Assembly (NCBI RefSeq): GCF_000143415.4
Contig: NW_003314337.1
Coordinates: 699,234 to 763,233, forward strand
DNA length: 64,000 nt
Direction: 5' to 3'
Source of the DNA: Selaginella moellendorffii
Taxonomy: Eukaryota > Plantae > Lycopodiophyta
The notes under the pieces were generated by a model that saw only the letters and a list, made by a program, of their open reading frames with translations, ran no database searches and was not told where the DNA came from. A program made the translations under genes and the position numbers. Shown piece after piece: positions 48,014 to 62,049 of this stretch. Position 1 is the first letter of the stretch. Each line of letters opens with the position of its first letter.

Positions 48014-50394
48014 TCGTCGGTATCTTCTTCTTAGCCATTATCCCATGGATCTCCTGCATCTCCTTGCCTTTCAACCGAGCCTTCACCTCGTTCAAGGCCT
48101 TCCAGAACTTGTGATAGGATTCGGAGTCGTAGATCATATAGTGGACTGAAGATTCCACCTTCGCAAGTCCCACCATTAAGTCAATGATGGAGCTGACTTC
48201 GTCTGCATGAGTGATCTCCTCGTTTGTGAAGTCCATCACACAAAAGATGTTCTTGACCTGCTCATCTCCGCGGGAAACGATGCTCCTCCACCTTTGATCC
48301 TCATCCGAATTCACGTATACCCGGTAAGGTTCTCGATAGGCCTCTGCTGCGGGGTCGAGCTGTTTCTGAAGCCGGCGGTCGACATCCCTCTTAATGAAAT
48401 TTGGATACTGATCCAACTTCTCAGCTTTACTTTTCGTGGCATCCCGCAGCAGATCGATGAACTTGGGGGCCCCCTTCACGTAGTCGTCGATGTCTTCATT
48501 TGACAACTCCAGCTCTTCCATCATCTCTTGCGTGGTGTCGATGCTCACCCTCTCCACGGCCACTTGCTCGAAGATCCAATCCTTCAATAGCGCACGAGCT
48601 CTCAGAGTCGTGCACAAGTCCTCGTATGTCACAATATGGCCGGGAGTCATTTTGGTCTTGTTGAAGACTACCTCACCACGTAGAAGAGCATTAGCAGTTC
48701 GTCATCGTCTAGAGACCGCGAGAAACGCAAGGCGTTGAGCTTCAAATCATTGGGCTTCCGGCCGTCCTCCACACCCATTGAGTTTAGCAACTCCCCGTCA
48801 TGGTACCTCCTTAGCACATCTACCCATTTGTCAAAAACAACTTTTGTTGCGAGTAGAATGTTATGGATGCTGAGTGTGTTATTGACCCCCAGTGTTTTCG
48901 AGAGAAAACTCGAGAATTCCTGCAATGGAAATGGCGTGAGGCCACATGCTATGCCACATGCAACGAGGCTTACCTGCCAGGCGCTAGTTGCTAGTGCACG
49001 TCCTTGTCCTGGTTTTTGTGGCTTCTTCAGTTGAACCCAGAGCTTCCGTGTTGGTGCCAATGTCTCGTGCAGACCCGATTTGTAGCACGTTTCTTGCTTG
49101 ACATTCTGCGCGTGGGAGATGGATATGATAGATCGGAGGGGCGAGTTGCCTTTTATCAGGCGGACAACTCTTGTCTTGAAGACTTTCTTCACCTCCTCGC
49201 CCACCATAATATCCACAACTATCTGTTGCATCGCCAAGCTAGAATGCTGCCCAGAGACGGCATAGAACTGGATGTTCTGATCGTCCAACACCTTCCTATT
49301 GATCAAGTCTGGAAACCTCGTCTCGCCCTTCATTGTTCGGTAGTAGGGGATCACGTCTGCGATGTCGGGTGTTACTGGACTTGCCAGCATCTTCTGCTTC
49401 AGTTTCTCCACCCACTCATCAGATACTAGCCTGTGGTTGTATTTGCTTTGGATGTCGATACGGCTCACGTCGATTGTATATACTTTGTTGGAATAGTAAC
49501 AAGTACTATTATCTGCGACGATTTTTGCTGCCTCTTCTTGCTCTTTCTGCTCTTTGCGGCTCTTCTTTTTGGTGGGTGTAGTGTTCGAACCCGAGGCAAT
49601 GGCATCACCGAGTAGCTTCTTTTTTGGAGGAGGAGAGTCGGACGTCGGCTTGAGCTTGACCACCCTTTTTTGCTTCGGGGTAGTTTCCAGATCGACCCCC
49701 TTCCCCTTCGCTTCGCGAACTGGAGGCACTCTCAACGGCTCAATGTTGGAATATAGTTTTTGAACATCGCCATAGGTGAGGTCCGTGGATTCCATGTGAT
49801 CTTCATAGACCCGCAGCGTCTTTGAAATTGTGGGCCTCCTGGACAACCTCTCCCTAGCTCCCTCTAGGAATTCCTCATAGCCGCTGCCCCCCTCCGGGAA
49901 GCCGCTAGGATGTGCAAGGTGGATCTTGAAGGCGGACGCTGTCTCTACCACAAGTGCCAGTCCATATTCTTGCATGGAACTGCATGGAGTGTCTGTCACT
50001 TGGATGAGGATCCCCATGCATTCTTTTCTCCCACCATCTGTGTTGTACAGCCTCAGATCCTCGCCTTCCATCCCGAAAGTCCAACTGGTGAGCTCCTCCC
50101 CCTTCTCTGCATCCACATTGACAGTGGCTGGAAGAAGAACGCAATTCCTCGCCTGTTCAGAAATGCACAACAATTAGAGCTGACAGATGAAAAGCTAGCA
50201 GCTGGAAATAACGTGAGGCCACACGCCATTCACCACTGCATCAGATGTCTTGAGGCTGCATTCTAAGATGGCGTGAGGCTACACGCCATCTGTAACCGGA
50301 CTGCACTCGAGAGCCCAATCGGTGCATGCCAATGTTGCTACTGAATGGCATGTGGCCTCATGCCATTTTCTACTTAGCCTAAAAGACTTACCAT
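48014..50394 (-). pseudogene. Accessory ParB-like gene, copy 2 (frameshift ~48695, 3'-truncated, with ~150 aa absent from copy 1)
   Basis: ORFs 48668-50173 and 47970-48650 are near-identical to 31564-33297, then continue KFIDLLRD...KKIPTK. Confidence 0.85.
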
Positions 50395-53300
50395 TTGAAG
50401 CCGAATGGAGGCCGTGACAATCGAGGCCGGACTTGCTGGCGAATGTGCACTGTGTGTGCAGCGGATCGTAGCAGCAAGGCTACTCTGCCACTTACAGTTG
50501 GAGAGTGGCGCTGAAATCTCCCGGGACACCAAGTGGGCTGCGTGTGGGTGGCGGAGTGGGCGGCGGAGTTGGCGGCGAAGTTATAAACTGGGTGTGTCTT
50601 GAAGTGGACGCCGATGCACACGAGCGCGAGTGTGATGCAAGCGCGAGTGGACGCCGATGCACACGAGAAACCTGTAGAGAAGGTAGATGAGCGCGAATGT
50701 GAGCGTGATCACGAGTGGGAGCGCGATGCGAGCGCGAGTACGATGCAAAACCTAACCTCACATGCGCGAAATGTCACGACGTTTGGTAATCCCGCCACAT
50801 CATCATTCCTCGGACTTGGGCGCCACCATTAATTTCTGGATCGCCGCGCGCATGCATGCACGTGAAATCCAAAAGAAATCCGCAACGTCATCATTCCTCG
50901 GACTGCATGCACGCGAAATCCAAAAGAAAGATCATGATTGGGATATCATTTAATACCCTCACTATATTTATACCATGCATGATTGGATATTCCAAAGCAT
51001 CTTGTATTTCCAAAAATGCCAGATGTTCAGCTAAATATACAATGTCCTTCTTGATGACCCTGCAAAGAAGCATCTCGATCGGACACCACATGAGACCACA
51101 CGAGCCTTACAATGTTTCAGGGGCATTTGCCATAGATCCAACCGTTATTTTGCTCCAAGATTCTACAGTTTGGTGTGCATTGACCTTTCCATCGACACTG
51201 CAAAAGGACATCACAATCAGATGTGGGATCACAAGAAACCAACTTCACTAACTTTGGTTTCACCAAGATCTACATAAGGAGTTATGAAATGAAAGGACCC
51301 TCTCTATTGAAATGTGTTTATGGTCCTGACATATCAAAGGATTTTGCATCAAGTTCTGTATTTGCATGTTTATCAAGCTACTGAATTGCTAAACCCTAAA
51401 CCCTAAACATGTGGCAAATGCTGCGTGAAGAAAGATGCCCTTTCTAGGCAAATGCTGTAAGAGGCAGATGCCGAGCAGTTACACGGCGAATAATCTTGGC
51501 GCGGATCGCTGACATGGCATGGCAAAGTTCGAATCACTGACATGGCACAGCTAGATCGAGGCAGGGACATGATGTGACAAATTTCAACGTCTGACAGCAA
51601 AGTCTAGAAGCTACTCAGTTTGAAATTTGTCAGAGGAATTATAAGATCTGGTTTGTCAGAGGATTTGATGTGACGTTCAAGCGTGTGGGCTCATGCAATT
51701 TTGATCCCAAAAAATGCACCAAAAAATGCTCGGCGTCATCTGGTGTTATCTCTTGAATGACGTGGGGCCGCATGCCATTTTCAGGGGCACATAGGAGTAT
51801 ATTCCTAGAATATTCTGACACACGCGAGATTTTTTTGAGTTTTCTGGAGATCCAACCGTTAGATCGCAACTAAATTTTACAGAATGGTATACAATGTCTT
51901 TCTTGATGACCCTGGAAAGAAGCATCTCGATCGGACACCACATAAGACCACACGAGCCTTACAATGTTTCAAGGGCATTTGCCATAGATCCGACCGTTAT
52001 TTTGCTCCAAGATTTTACAGTTTGGTGTGCATTGACCTTTCCATCGACACTGCAAAGGGACATCACAATCAGATGTGGGATCACAAGAAACTAACTTCAC
52101 TAACTCTGGTTTCACCAAGATCTACGTAAGGAGTTATGAAATGAAAGGACCCTCTCTATTGAAATGTGTTTATGGTCCTGACATATCAAAGGATTTTGCA
52201 TCAAGTTCTGTATTTGCATGTTTATCAAGCTACTGAATTGCTAAACCCTAAACCCTAAACCCTAAACATGTGTTAAATGCTGCGTGAAGAAAGATGCCCT
52301 TTCTGGGCAAATGCTGTAAGAGGCAGATGCCGAGCAGATGTATCTCAAGCTAGCGAAGGGGGCAAACGAAAGCTAGCTATAAACATGACGGGATGCAAAT
52401 AGATTACTAGGCTGGTCCTGCGAAAATCAAAAACCATAATTGAAAACATTGAAAATGCAAAAAGAAAGGTTTATAATATTTTTGAATTTTAAGCAACCAA
52501 AGGAATGTAAGTAGGGCATGTGTTTGTAAGTTTAAAAATGCCTCAACCACTTAAATTCCCAAGTAAATAAAGCTGTTTCTATTTTTGGTACAGGTAAACT
52601 TTATAGCGTGTGGGCTCATGCAATTTTGAACCCAAAAATGCACCAAAAAATGCTCGACTAGCATTATTCTTTGAATGGCGTGTGGCCTTATATTGCCATA
52701 AATGGACGTACACACACAACATAATTATTCCTTTACACGGCGAATAATCTTGGCGCGGATCACTGACATGGCATGGCAAAGTTCGAATCACTAACATGGC
52801 ACAGCTGGATCGAGGCAAGGACATGATGTGACAAAGTTCAACCTCCGACAGCAAAGTCTAGAAGCTACTCAGTTTGAAATTTGTCAGAGGAATCATAAGA
52901 TCTGGTTTGTCAGAGGATTTGATGTGACGTTCAAGCGTGTGTTATTTTTGAATTCTCGAACTCATTCCTAGGTCTATCATTTTTGTGCGCCGTGTTCTTG
53001 GTTCCGCTGAGCGCAGTGAGCGCTGCTTGTGTAAACGGCGTTGTGAGCTGTGGTTTATGCGTCTACGAGCGGTTGCAGCATTGCAAGCGCCATTGCGAGC
53101 GGCAGTTTATGCGACTGGCAGTTTGTGTGAGCGGCGCTACGAGCAGTTGCGGTGTTGCGAGCGGCGCTACGAGTAGTTGCGGTGTTGCGAGCGGCACTGT
53201 CTTTGGTGTGGCTACCGCTTCCTCTTGATATTCGGCACTTGTGCTTCCTGGTATGTTCACCATGGAATGGCTTAGGACCACATTTAGAAATGGCATGAGG

Positions 53301-53561
53301 CCACATGCCATCTTGGGCCCTTGCAATTTCATGGCTAGCGTATTGTCATGTATGTTTTTACTTGCCTGCAGCTGTGTGTATATCAAGATGGCATGAGGCC
53401 TCATGCCAATTTTGTGAATGTGAAATTTCACGTGGGTGTCAATAGCATGTTTGAATAATGGCATGTGGCCTCATGCTATTGAGGTTGTTTGGTATATTAT
53501 GATTTAGGCCATTCTCCAATCATTTTTTGTATGGTCTTAACTTCTTTTCTGCACTTTCAGA

Positions 53562-56378
53562 ATGGCCTCCGCAAGTGCGACGCATGTTCCCTCCGTGGAT
53601 CTTAAGAACCGTGCTACATGGATTCAGGCAAAGGTGTTTCTAAACAACCCCAAGGGGGAGGTGGTAGCTGAGGGCTTAGCCACAGTTGTCGATCCAAGAG
53701 ATGCGGTTGCTAATCAAGAATTGGGCTGGGATGATATTGGAGTTGCGATTTTAGAGGTTGTTGACACAGAAGAAAACAGTCTGACTATTGGAAGCATTGT
53801 GCGGTGGAAATTGAGGCACTTAGTGTTTGAGAATGTGAAGGATTCACAATCAAACACCACTACAACTGATGACAGAACATCTCTTCATGGGAAAAGAAAG
53901 TACACCTTCCTAAAGCGCAGCCAAAGGGATCTGAGCAACGAACCGGAAAGGCAGAAAATGGCGATGGAGGTTCGAATGGTCTCAATAGTTGCTTGTTGCA
54001 AGAGGAGGTGCTGTCAACATGCTGATTGGGATGCTATTGAAGAGGAGAGAGCAAGATACAAGACATTGTCCTGGAAGGCAGCTCGCAATTTTGTGTATGA
54101 GGCATTACGGTCATCTGTTGATGCTTCAGAACATCAGGTGGGGGGCATGGTCTTCCAGAGGGGTTTGGTCTGCATGAAGGCATGGAGAATCATTTATGGA
54201 GTCCCTTGAACCACATTCTACAAAATCAAAACTGAGTTCGAGGAACAAAGGGTTCAACAAGCAGTCCATGGGAACGACGGTACTCACATAACCAGGGGTC
54301 ATGTTGTATATGGAGAGGCAATCTTCAAGAGGTTTGTCGAGACATGTAGCGAGCAACAACCACATAAAACCCACCTCTTGGAAGATGGAACTCGAGACAC
54401 CCAACGAGTTCTCCCTTCCATGTATACCAAGGGGGCCATATTGGAAGATGTGAATCGGGAACTCCAGAGTAATGGCTATAGGAAGCTGAGCCAATCTAGA
54501 TTTAGTAGATTGTGGAGCAACAGGTTCAGGGATGTGAGTATAGGAAAGTACTCCAGCTTTTCAAAGTGTGACGAGTGCACTGCTATCAAAATGGCTTTGT
54601 CGAAGAATTCTTGCAGCGCTCAAGAGCGAGAGACGTTGGTTAGAAGGCGGCTCGACCACAACATCGAGCAGAGAAGCTGCAGGACTGCATATTATCATAA
54701 CAGGATTCTCTCCATGGAGAGACCTGACTCTTACCTCTGCATCATCCACGACAAAATGGACCAGAAAAAGACGTGCTTACCTCGACTCAATCCTGCCCCC
54801 AAGGCAATCTCTTCATCCATGCAGCTGCCTGTGTCTCTGTTTGGCATAATCGCTCATGGGCATGGTGCCCAGAACTATGGGAACTTCTTTGTACCTCTAT
54901 GGGGTGGTGGGGGTGCAAACATGATGATTGCGTCCCTAGGAAAACACTTAAGGTCTCTGCAAAGTGCGCAGACTGAGCTGAACGGCCAACCCTTGCATAA
55001 GGCCCTTATCGATCGAACCCCATACAGGGTTCAGCTGGAGGAGGAGCAAAGGCTTGCAGTATCGCGTGGGGCCCCATGCCATCCCAGTGAATATGTTGGC
55101 CGTCAGATTGTAGGGTTATCACGTGAGGCCTCATGCCATTCCGATGAGGCTGGTCGCCCGGTGAATGCACAGCCTCATCCAAACGAAGCAGAATCTCAAG
55201 GAAGTTCTTGCGGCCGTCCACCCCATCTTCTACTCCAAACAGACAATGCTGGCAGTGAGAACAAAAACATGTACGTCTTCGCGTACTTGGCGATGCTTGT
55301 TGCCAAAGGCATATTTGAAACGGTTACACTTGGCTTTCTCATGGTTGGGCACACTCATGAAGACGTCGATGCCATGTTCAGTCACCTGGCAGAGTCCCTC
55401 CGGCGATCCAATGTCCTCACCCTCCCACAACTCTACGATGAATTCCAAAATTGCATCAAAGGCACTGTTGATGCTGCACTTGTGACAGAGGTTCCAGACT
55501 TTAAGGGGTTTGTAAGAAGCTACATCAGGGACGGATCCTAAACGCTGATTGGCCACTCCAAGCCTCTTCAGTTTCATTTCAGCATGCGTGACGGTGCTCC
55601 AGTGATGAGGTACAAGATGAGAGAATGGGACACAGTGTGGCTGCTAGTGGACGGCATTGAACTCTTCAAGAGAGATCCCATAACTGGGGAACCTATGATT
55701 CCTCAGGGTTCCCCACGGCCGATGCACCCGGATGGACTCAAAGACCAGGAAAGTATAGTGGCCGGGATTAGACAGCATATTGCCTTCTGGAAGAGGGGGT
55801 TGGTGTTTGGTGGAGAATCCTATTTTCAGAGGTGCAAGCCTTTGATCGAATACTGGGAGAAGATTATATCTGCTATCCAAAATGGGCCGGTTGTATATGA
55901 AGAATTGGAAAAGTCCTTTTGGCCAGAACCCAGAGCACCAGATAGTAGCGGAACAATGTCCTCTGGAAATGCAGTCACAGATAATGATGTTGAGGATCAC
56001 TATTGTGGGCCAAGGAACAAGAAGCTAGATTCAGCATTCAATCTAGTACAGGTCTGCAAAGGAATGGTCGTGCTTGTCAGACCCAGTAATAAAAAACAAA
56101 TGATATGGGTGGGGCGCTGCATCACTGATGCAGAGGAGGACGCGGAAACTAACTCCTTCAATATAACTGTGGAGTGGTTCAAGCCAAGTTCCGGATATAC
56201 GAAGGATTGCCTAGAAAAGAGATGGGTGCTGAATCCAAGGGATCCCAGCATGAGCATATCGGTGGATAATGTTGTGCATGGTTGGATGCGGAAGCAGAGT
56301 GCCACCATCACCTTGCTAGACCATGCAAGAGATGCAGCAAGAGCATTCATAACCCGGGTTCAAGGTGAGATTCATTAA
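53562..56378 (+). pseudogene. Transposase copy 2 (stops at 54209 and 55541, first N-terminal repeat deleted)
   Basis: Three ORF pieces collinear with 25319-28387. Confidence 0.92.
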
Positions 56379-59300
56379 TATTCCTTTACTAAGTTTCTAA
56401 TGTATTTTATTTCAAGGTGAACAATCCGAATCTGAATCAGAGGAGGCGTGATGGCATGTGGCCTTACGCCATTCCTAGGTGAGATGATACAAATAACAAG
56501 TATAAATTCTTAGTTGTTCTAGCAAATCTTACTTAAAGTTCAAGGTGAACAAGCCGAATATGAATTCATCGGATTGTTATAACAAATTGCGAGGTGATGG
56601 CATGAGGCGATACGCCATTTGAGAGTGGTAGCCATTCCTATATGAGGTGAGTAAAATATTTATTAGAAATACCTCATTCAATTGTGCACTTCTAAGTCTT
56701 GGTCCACTCAGTACTGTTTGCATGTTTTTATTTTAATTCTTTCTCTAAAATGTTATTTAGCATGTGGCTTCATGCCATTGCTCTCCACAATCATGCATTG
56801 AATTTTTCTATCCTTGCATAATACTTCTCCATATATATAGCATGTGCGCACATGTGATATGGTTCATTAGGCCTGATATAGTGTGTGAGGTAAAACAAAG
56901 ATGATGTGACATATGCATTTACCAATCACACGTGCATAAATCTAATAATATGGCGTGTGGCTCATATTAATGGCACATAAACCCATATTGTGGGCTTACG
57001 TGCTTTATGTACCATCATTCCCTTGCAGCGTGTGTGTTGGTTTCCTTTTATAACACAACGAACTCCATATTTTAGGGTGAAGAGCGTTCTCATGGCAAGC
57101 ACAAAATTTGTAAGTGAGGCAGAAAAGGAGACGGAGAAGGAGATAGGTGAAGATGTAGAATATATAAGTCTTCCAAACTCCCCGTACTATACTCCAGGTG
57201 ATCATTTTTCTGAACAAACGGCAACATTAACAACTATCGAGAACGCCCTAGTAATGTCAGAGACAACAATCCAAAGCAAAACAACTGACCCGGAGAAGGA
57301 TGATAGTACCGCTGAGAGTACCAAAAAGGAGGTGTCCACTAGCGTTTAGGCTTATAATGGCATGTGCCCTCATGCCATTTACTTGATCACCAAATACCTT
57401 TTTCCCTTTGCACTAGTATATCTTAATACCGGTCTGAGAAATAGAATGGCATGTGCCCTCAGGCCTTTTACTAAATCACCTTTGAAAGAAATGCAAGCCT
57501 CTATGTCGTAAAAAAAAGGTACTAGAGAAATTCCTTAATAATATGAATGTTATTTAGTTTCATGAAAATACACTAAGGGTCAAATGAGTTAAATGACTTC
57601 TCCAAACTAGCAATGCCTCTTGCTACACCTTCACAATTAGATTCGTTAGAAAAAGATAACATTGAATAATATCTAAATGTTCTCACCATTAAGTTATATG
57701 TCTGGCTAATAGGAATGACGTTCATCTTGGAAAGCTCACCACACGCTCAATGAACAAACAAATAGTGTGTGCGCGCATGCCATCGCTCTTCTTTAGCTTC
57801 AGATTCGGCTTGTTCACCTTGACAATGAGATTTATTATACAACCAGATGGACTCAGTCTGGACACAAAGTCACCGCGCTAGTCACCATGCCCCAGATATG
57901 TCTAGCCCCTAGACAAAAAACATATAATTTCACATCATTTTCAAATACTTGAAAATTTGTACCTAGTCCCATTTTACTGAATAAATCCCACTTTAACGAA
58001 ATAGAGCATTTAGACTGGCATTGATTCAGATTGTGGAGAAATGAAATAAGGCTAACCTATATATACTATAGGTTGATGAAGCTCCACCACTCTTGGATCG
58101 AGGACGGCCTAAATATAGCTGAGGTCGAGGAGGCGCCACATCAATATCAGGAATGTGGCTCGAGACTCAGGAATCGGGAAGTGTCTGGAGAGTCAGGAAT
58201 AGGGAAGTGTCTCGAGAGTCAGGAATAGGGAAGTGTCTCGAGAGTCAGGAATAGGGAAGTGTCTCGAGAATCAGGAATGTGGTCTGCAAGTCAGGAATCC
58301 GGCGAGAGTCAGGAATGTGGCAAGAATTGGGGGATTCCTAACAGGATTATGAGAATTTGTGTTGAGGTGAACCTATGTGAAGTAATAGGTAGGAGGAAGT
58401 TGGTTGAGTCTTAAAAGTTTGCATTCCTAAATTGAGAGTCATTCTTTCTCTAGGATGAAAAAATTTCCACAAATTTTCTTAGACTTTTCCAAAAGTTGAT
58501 CTATTGATCACTTTGCTCGGAAACCATTCCGTTTTCATAAGCCAGTACAAACTAATGAAAGGGTTGGAGTTGGCTTCGGTTGGTTTAAACCCTAGTAGGT
58601 AAGTTGTATGATGCAACCCGAAAGGGATGTTGACTTTTAGGGCTAAAGCAATTGAGTTGAATAGAGTTTGGAGTTAGCGTAGAAAAGTGGCCGTTGCACT
58701 TTTCTAAGAAAGGTGACCCTTGTGCTTTTCTTCTATAGCGTTCTGCTTGGTAGGTTGCACTTTGCATTTTATTAGACTCTATGAGAGTAGTGAACCCTCA
58801 CTTATCTTGACTTAGTCTTGGTAACCCTGCGCTTTGGCTGAGGATGGTGATGTTGAGATGTTGGTACCTGTATTATAGTTTTGTCTATGAGGAGGTTGTG
58901 TACCAATATGAGTCCATCTCATAGTCTTCACTTTAGTTTCAACTAAGTGTTGATCATGCTTAACTAGCCTCTTCAAGGCATGCTTAGAGCTAATGGCTAA
59001 ATGCATTAGTGAGCTTATTGCGGTTGAGTTGGATTCACGTGGTCATTTAGTTTATGCTTATCTATGAATCTTTATCTCATGCTTGGGATATTATGTTCAT
59101 GTTAGCCAAGCATATAACTCAATGGCACGAGTTTGGTGTTTGGTTCTTGTGAAAGCAAGTTGAAGAGTGATTGTTAGTTGTTTTGCGACTAGTGATTTCT
59201 TGTAGACTTCGTCAAGGATTGTTAACACTTGCTTCACTTGATGAAGATTTAGCAATGATGGGTTTGCTTTACCGGATGGTGTTTTAGAGGAACGTGTTGT

Positions 59301-60668
59301 TAAACTTACATGGGTTTTCCATGTTAGTGTGTTAACTCTACCTTTGTCAATATCATTTGGTTGTATTTAGTTCGTAGTGTTGAATTTCATTGAGTCTTGG
59401 ATGTGGTGAATCACTCCTTGATGTAGTGTTATCTGTAGCTGAGTATTGTTGAAGGATTAATCTTGGATACTGACTAAAGTATCTTTAACTTTGGTTAGCT
59501 TAGTTGCTAAAAAGCTTTGAGTGGTGATTCACTTTTGCTTTCTTCTAGCTTTGTTATGTTGCTGATGGTATTGAAGTGATGCCTTGTCATTGACATTATT
59601 GATGTTGAGATTTAAGTGAAATGAGATCTCTCTGTAAGATTAATATTGAGTTTCATTAGTCTCGATGCCAATAGTGTTGATACTTGGGCTGTAACTTTGT
59701 GTTGTTAACATTCGTGCATTTGCTAGTTAGCAATTATATTAATATTTAAATGAATTGAGTGGCAAGTTAAGTTAATTGTGTTCTAGACGAGATTGTTTAG
59801 TAGGGGTTGAGGTTTAAGCTTTTCCTTGAAAAGTGATTCAATCATGGACTATGCTACCTTTACGAGATGAACAGTTAGTGATTAATATTGGAATGTTTGA
59901 ATCTTTATTGGATTTGAGTTGGGATATATCAATCATTGATAATTTTTCTTGTGCTCGTTATGAAATGAATTACGTTTTGCTATAGATAGATTTATAGAGG
60001 ATCAATTAAATGATCACTTGTTGAGCATAACTTTATTGTGCTTAGCTTTTGGATTGATGCAGACATGCTCTCCATTAGCTTTGTATTATGAAGTTTAGCT
60101 TATAAATGTGTTGAGAAGGATATTATAGGTTGTACCATGATTTCTTCTTTAGCATTGAAGTTAGTTCATGCAAAACTTGTGATTATTCTTAGGCAAAACT
60201 TGGCTATAGACTTTTTAAAGCTTTTGGTTCTTTGAGTTTTATGCTCATTGTTTTATGTGTTAGAAGTTGTTGGGGAAGGCATTTTAGCTTACTAGCTTCA
60301 ATGTTGAAGTTGGCTTTTGCATCTAACAATCATTGGTGATGATTAACTATTATTTAGAGTAATTAATCATCCTTGTTGAAGGTTTTGTTTGATTGTTGTT
60401 GATATAGAATGATTTGCTATTCTTCGAGATTGTGGATTCCTTTTTTGACAATGATTATGCATCTCTCTATTGATGGGATGATTTATAGTCTTTAATGATA
60501 ATTAATTGTTCTCTTTGATGGCTTTTGGCTTTTCACAATACCATATTCTTTGTGGTTTGCTCTGATCAAGTCATTGTGATTATTATAATGTGATAGTGAG
60601 CAATGTGTTTACGAAGTTAATTGGTTAAGCAATGATCAACCCTAAAGTGGTTGATGGTAAAGCTAGTT

Positions 60669-61917
60669 GTGAGACACAAAATCCCTAGGCCCCAAAGTGG
60701 AGCCAAAAGGGTGCCATGTGGTAATGGCTGAAGCGAAAGCCAAACAAGCGTAACACGTTTGGATTAAAAGCTCCGACTTAAAAGGTCAAGAGCGGGAGTG
60801 GAACTCCCAACGAAGTGCTCGAGGAACAAGCACGAAGAAAGCAATAAGTGAGTCCTTAGAAAAGGGACCCAAGATGGACCTAAGATGGAGTCCGAGATGA
60901 AGTCCGAGATGGACCCGAGATGGAGTCCGAGATGGACCCAAGATGGATCCGAGATGGACCCAAGATGAAGTCTAAGATGGACCCGGTTTAGATGGAGTCC
61001 GAGATGGACCCGAAATAGAGTCTGAGATGGAGTCCGAAATGGACCCGAGATGGAGTTCAAGATGGACCCGAGATGGAGTCTGAGATGGAGTCCAAGATGG
61101 ACCCGAGATGGAGTTCGAGATGGACCCCAGCGGGCTCTAGTTCCCCTGGGAGATTGAATGGTCGATGCTCCCAGTCCAAGTGTGGGTGGCACTATCTACT
61201 TGGATACCTGGTGTGGCTCAACGGAACCTCACTCTAAGACCATGGCTAGAGCACCCAAAGGTGATAGGTGGGAAGAGTACCCAGGAGGCTTGTGTAAGGC
61301 CACAGTGTTCCAAAATGTTGTCCCAAAGTCCCAAAATGTAGAAAGGAAGAGGAGCAATCCTCTGGTGTGGTGACCAAGGATGCGGTCCTGTGGTGAGGAA
61401 GTCCCAAAGGATAGTGGGATTTAGTGATCAAGCTTGTGGGCCTTGTCCCAACGGCAATGTTGGCAAACACGGCTATGGACAGAAAAGGGACTTGGTGAGG
61501 ACTGTAAAAGGGATATTGGGGAAGGTTGTTCCCCATGTCTGCGGGCATCCTAAGGATGCTAAAAAGTGGATCTGGGATTACCACTCATGGACGGATGACC
61601 CAGTCTTTGAGAAATGGGATTGTGATGCTGGTGGTGTTAGACCACAGGTATGACCAAGGTGAATGGGCATGGCCTTAGCATAATGGGCTGGTATGTCGGT
61701 GGTACCTTGAGGTGTCGATCATGGGATCGAACATGTGGAGCACTTGGACCAAGTGCAAAAGTTGAGTGGCATGAATGCCATCCTCAGGACTGGCAAGCCC
61801 TAAGTCCTAAATTGGATTTATGGAGGTTATGAAGGAGACTCCTCCAAATGGTCGGAGGTGTGGTTAAGTGACTAAAGTACAATGGAAAAATTAGTCACTT
61901 AGAATTTGGTATCAGAG
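60669..61917 (+). mobile_element. Family B 5' LTR followed by a tRNA-iMet PBS
   Basis: tgtgagacac...tcacttaga then tttggtatcagag; homologous to 5890-7409; hexamer array 60865-61125. Confidence 0.82.
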
Positions 61918-62049
61918 TTGTTCCTTAATCTGACTCTTATTGGTGGCCAAATATATCATCACTTGTGTTGGAATTGGAAAGTCCTGAGTATGGACCTATC
62001 TTCAAGGAGTAGCATGTCGAGAGGACATGGCTCCCCACTCTAGTTCAAC

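Larger units (their letters stand above)
48014..58009 (+). mobile_element. Second, inverted, one-ended copy of the Sola-like transposon
   Basis: Near-identical to the reverse complement of 23688-33285. One TIR ends ...ttaacgaaatagagcat at 58009; the HAD end is missing. Confidence 0.93.
42633..58343 (-). mobile_element. Tcn1/Tf1-like chromovirus; 3' LTR 42633-43070, 5' LTR 47893-58343 split by the DNA transposon
   Basis: TSD GGATT (42628-32, 58344-48); TG..CA ends; PPT GAGGAGGGGGTGC; 26-bp tandem repeats in the LTR; no tRNA-type PBS. Confidence 0.93.

Noticed and set aside
23688-58009. A single foldback element with 10-kb TIRs
   Set aside because: Copy 1 has its own two TIRs and TSD, and copy 2 sits in a different target (an LTR), so these are two insertions.
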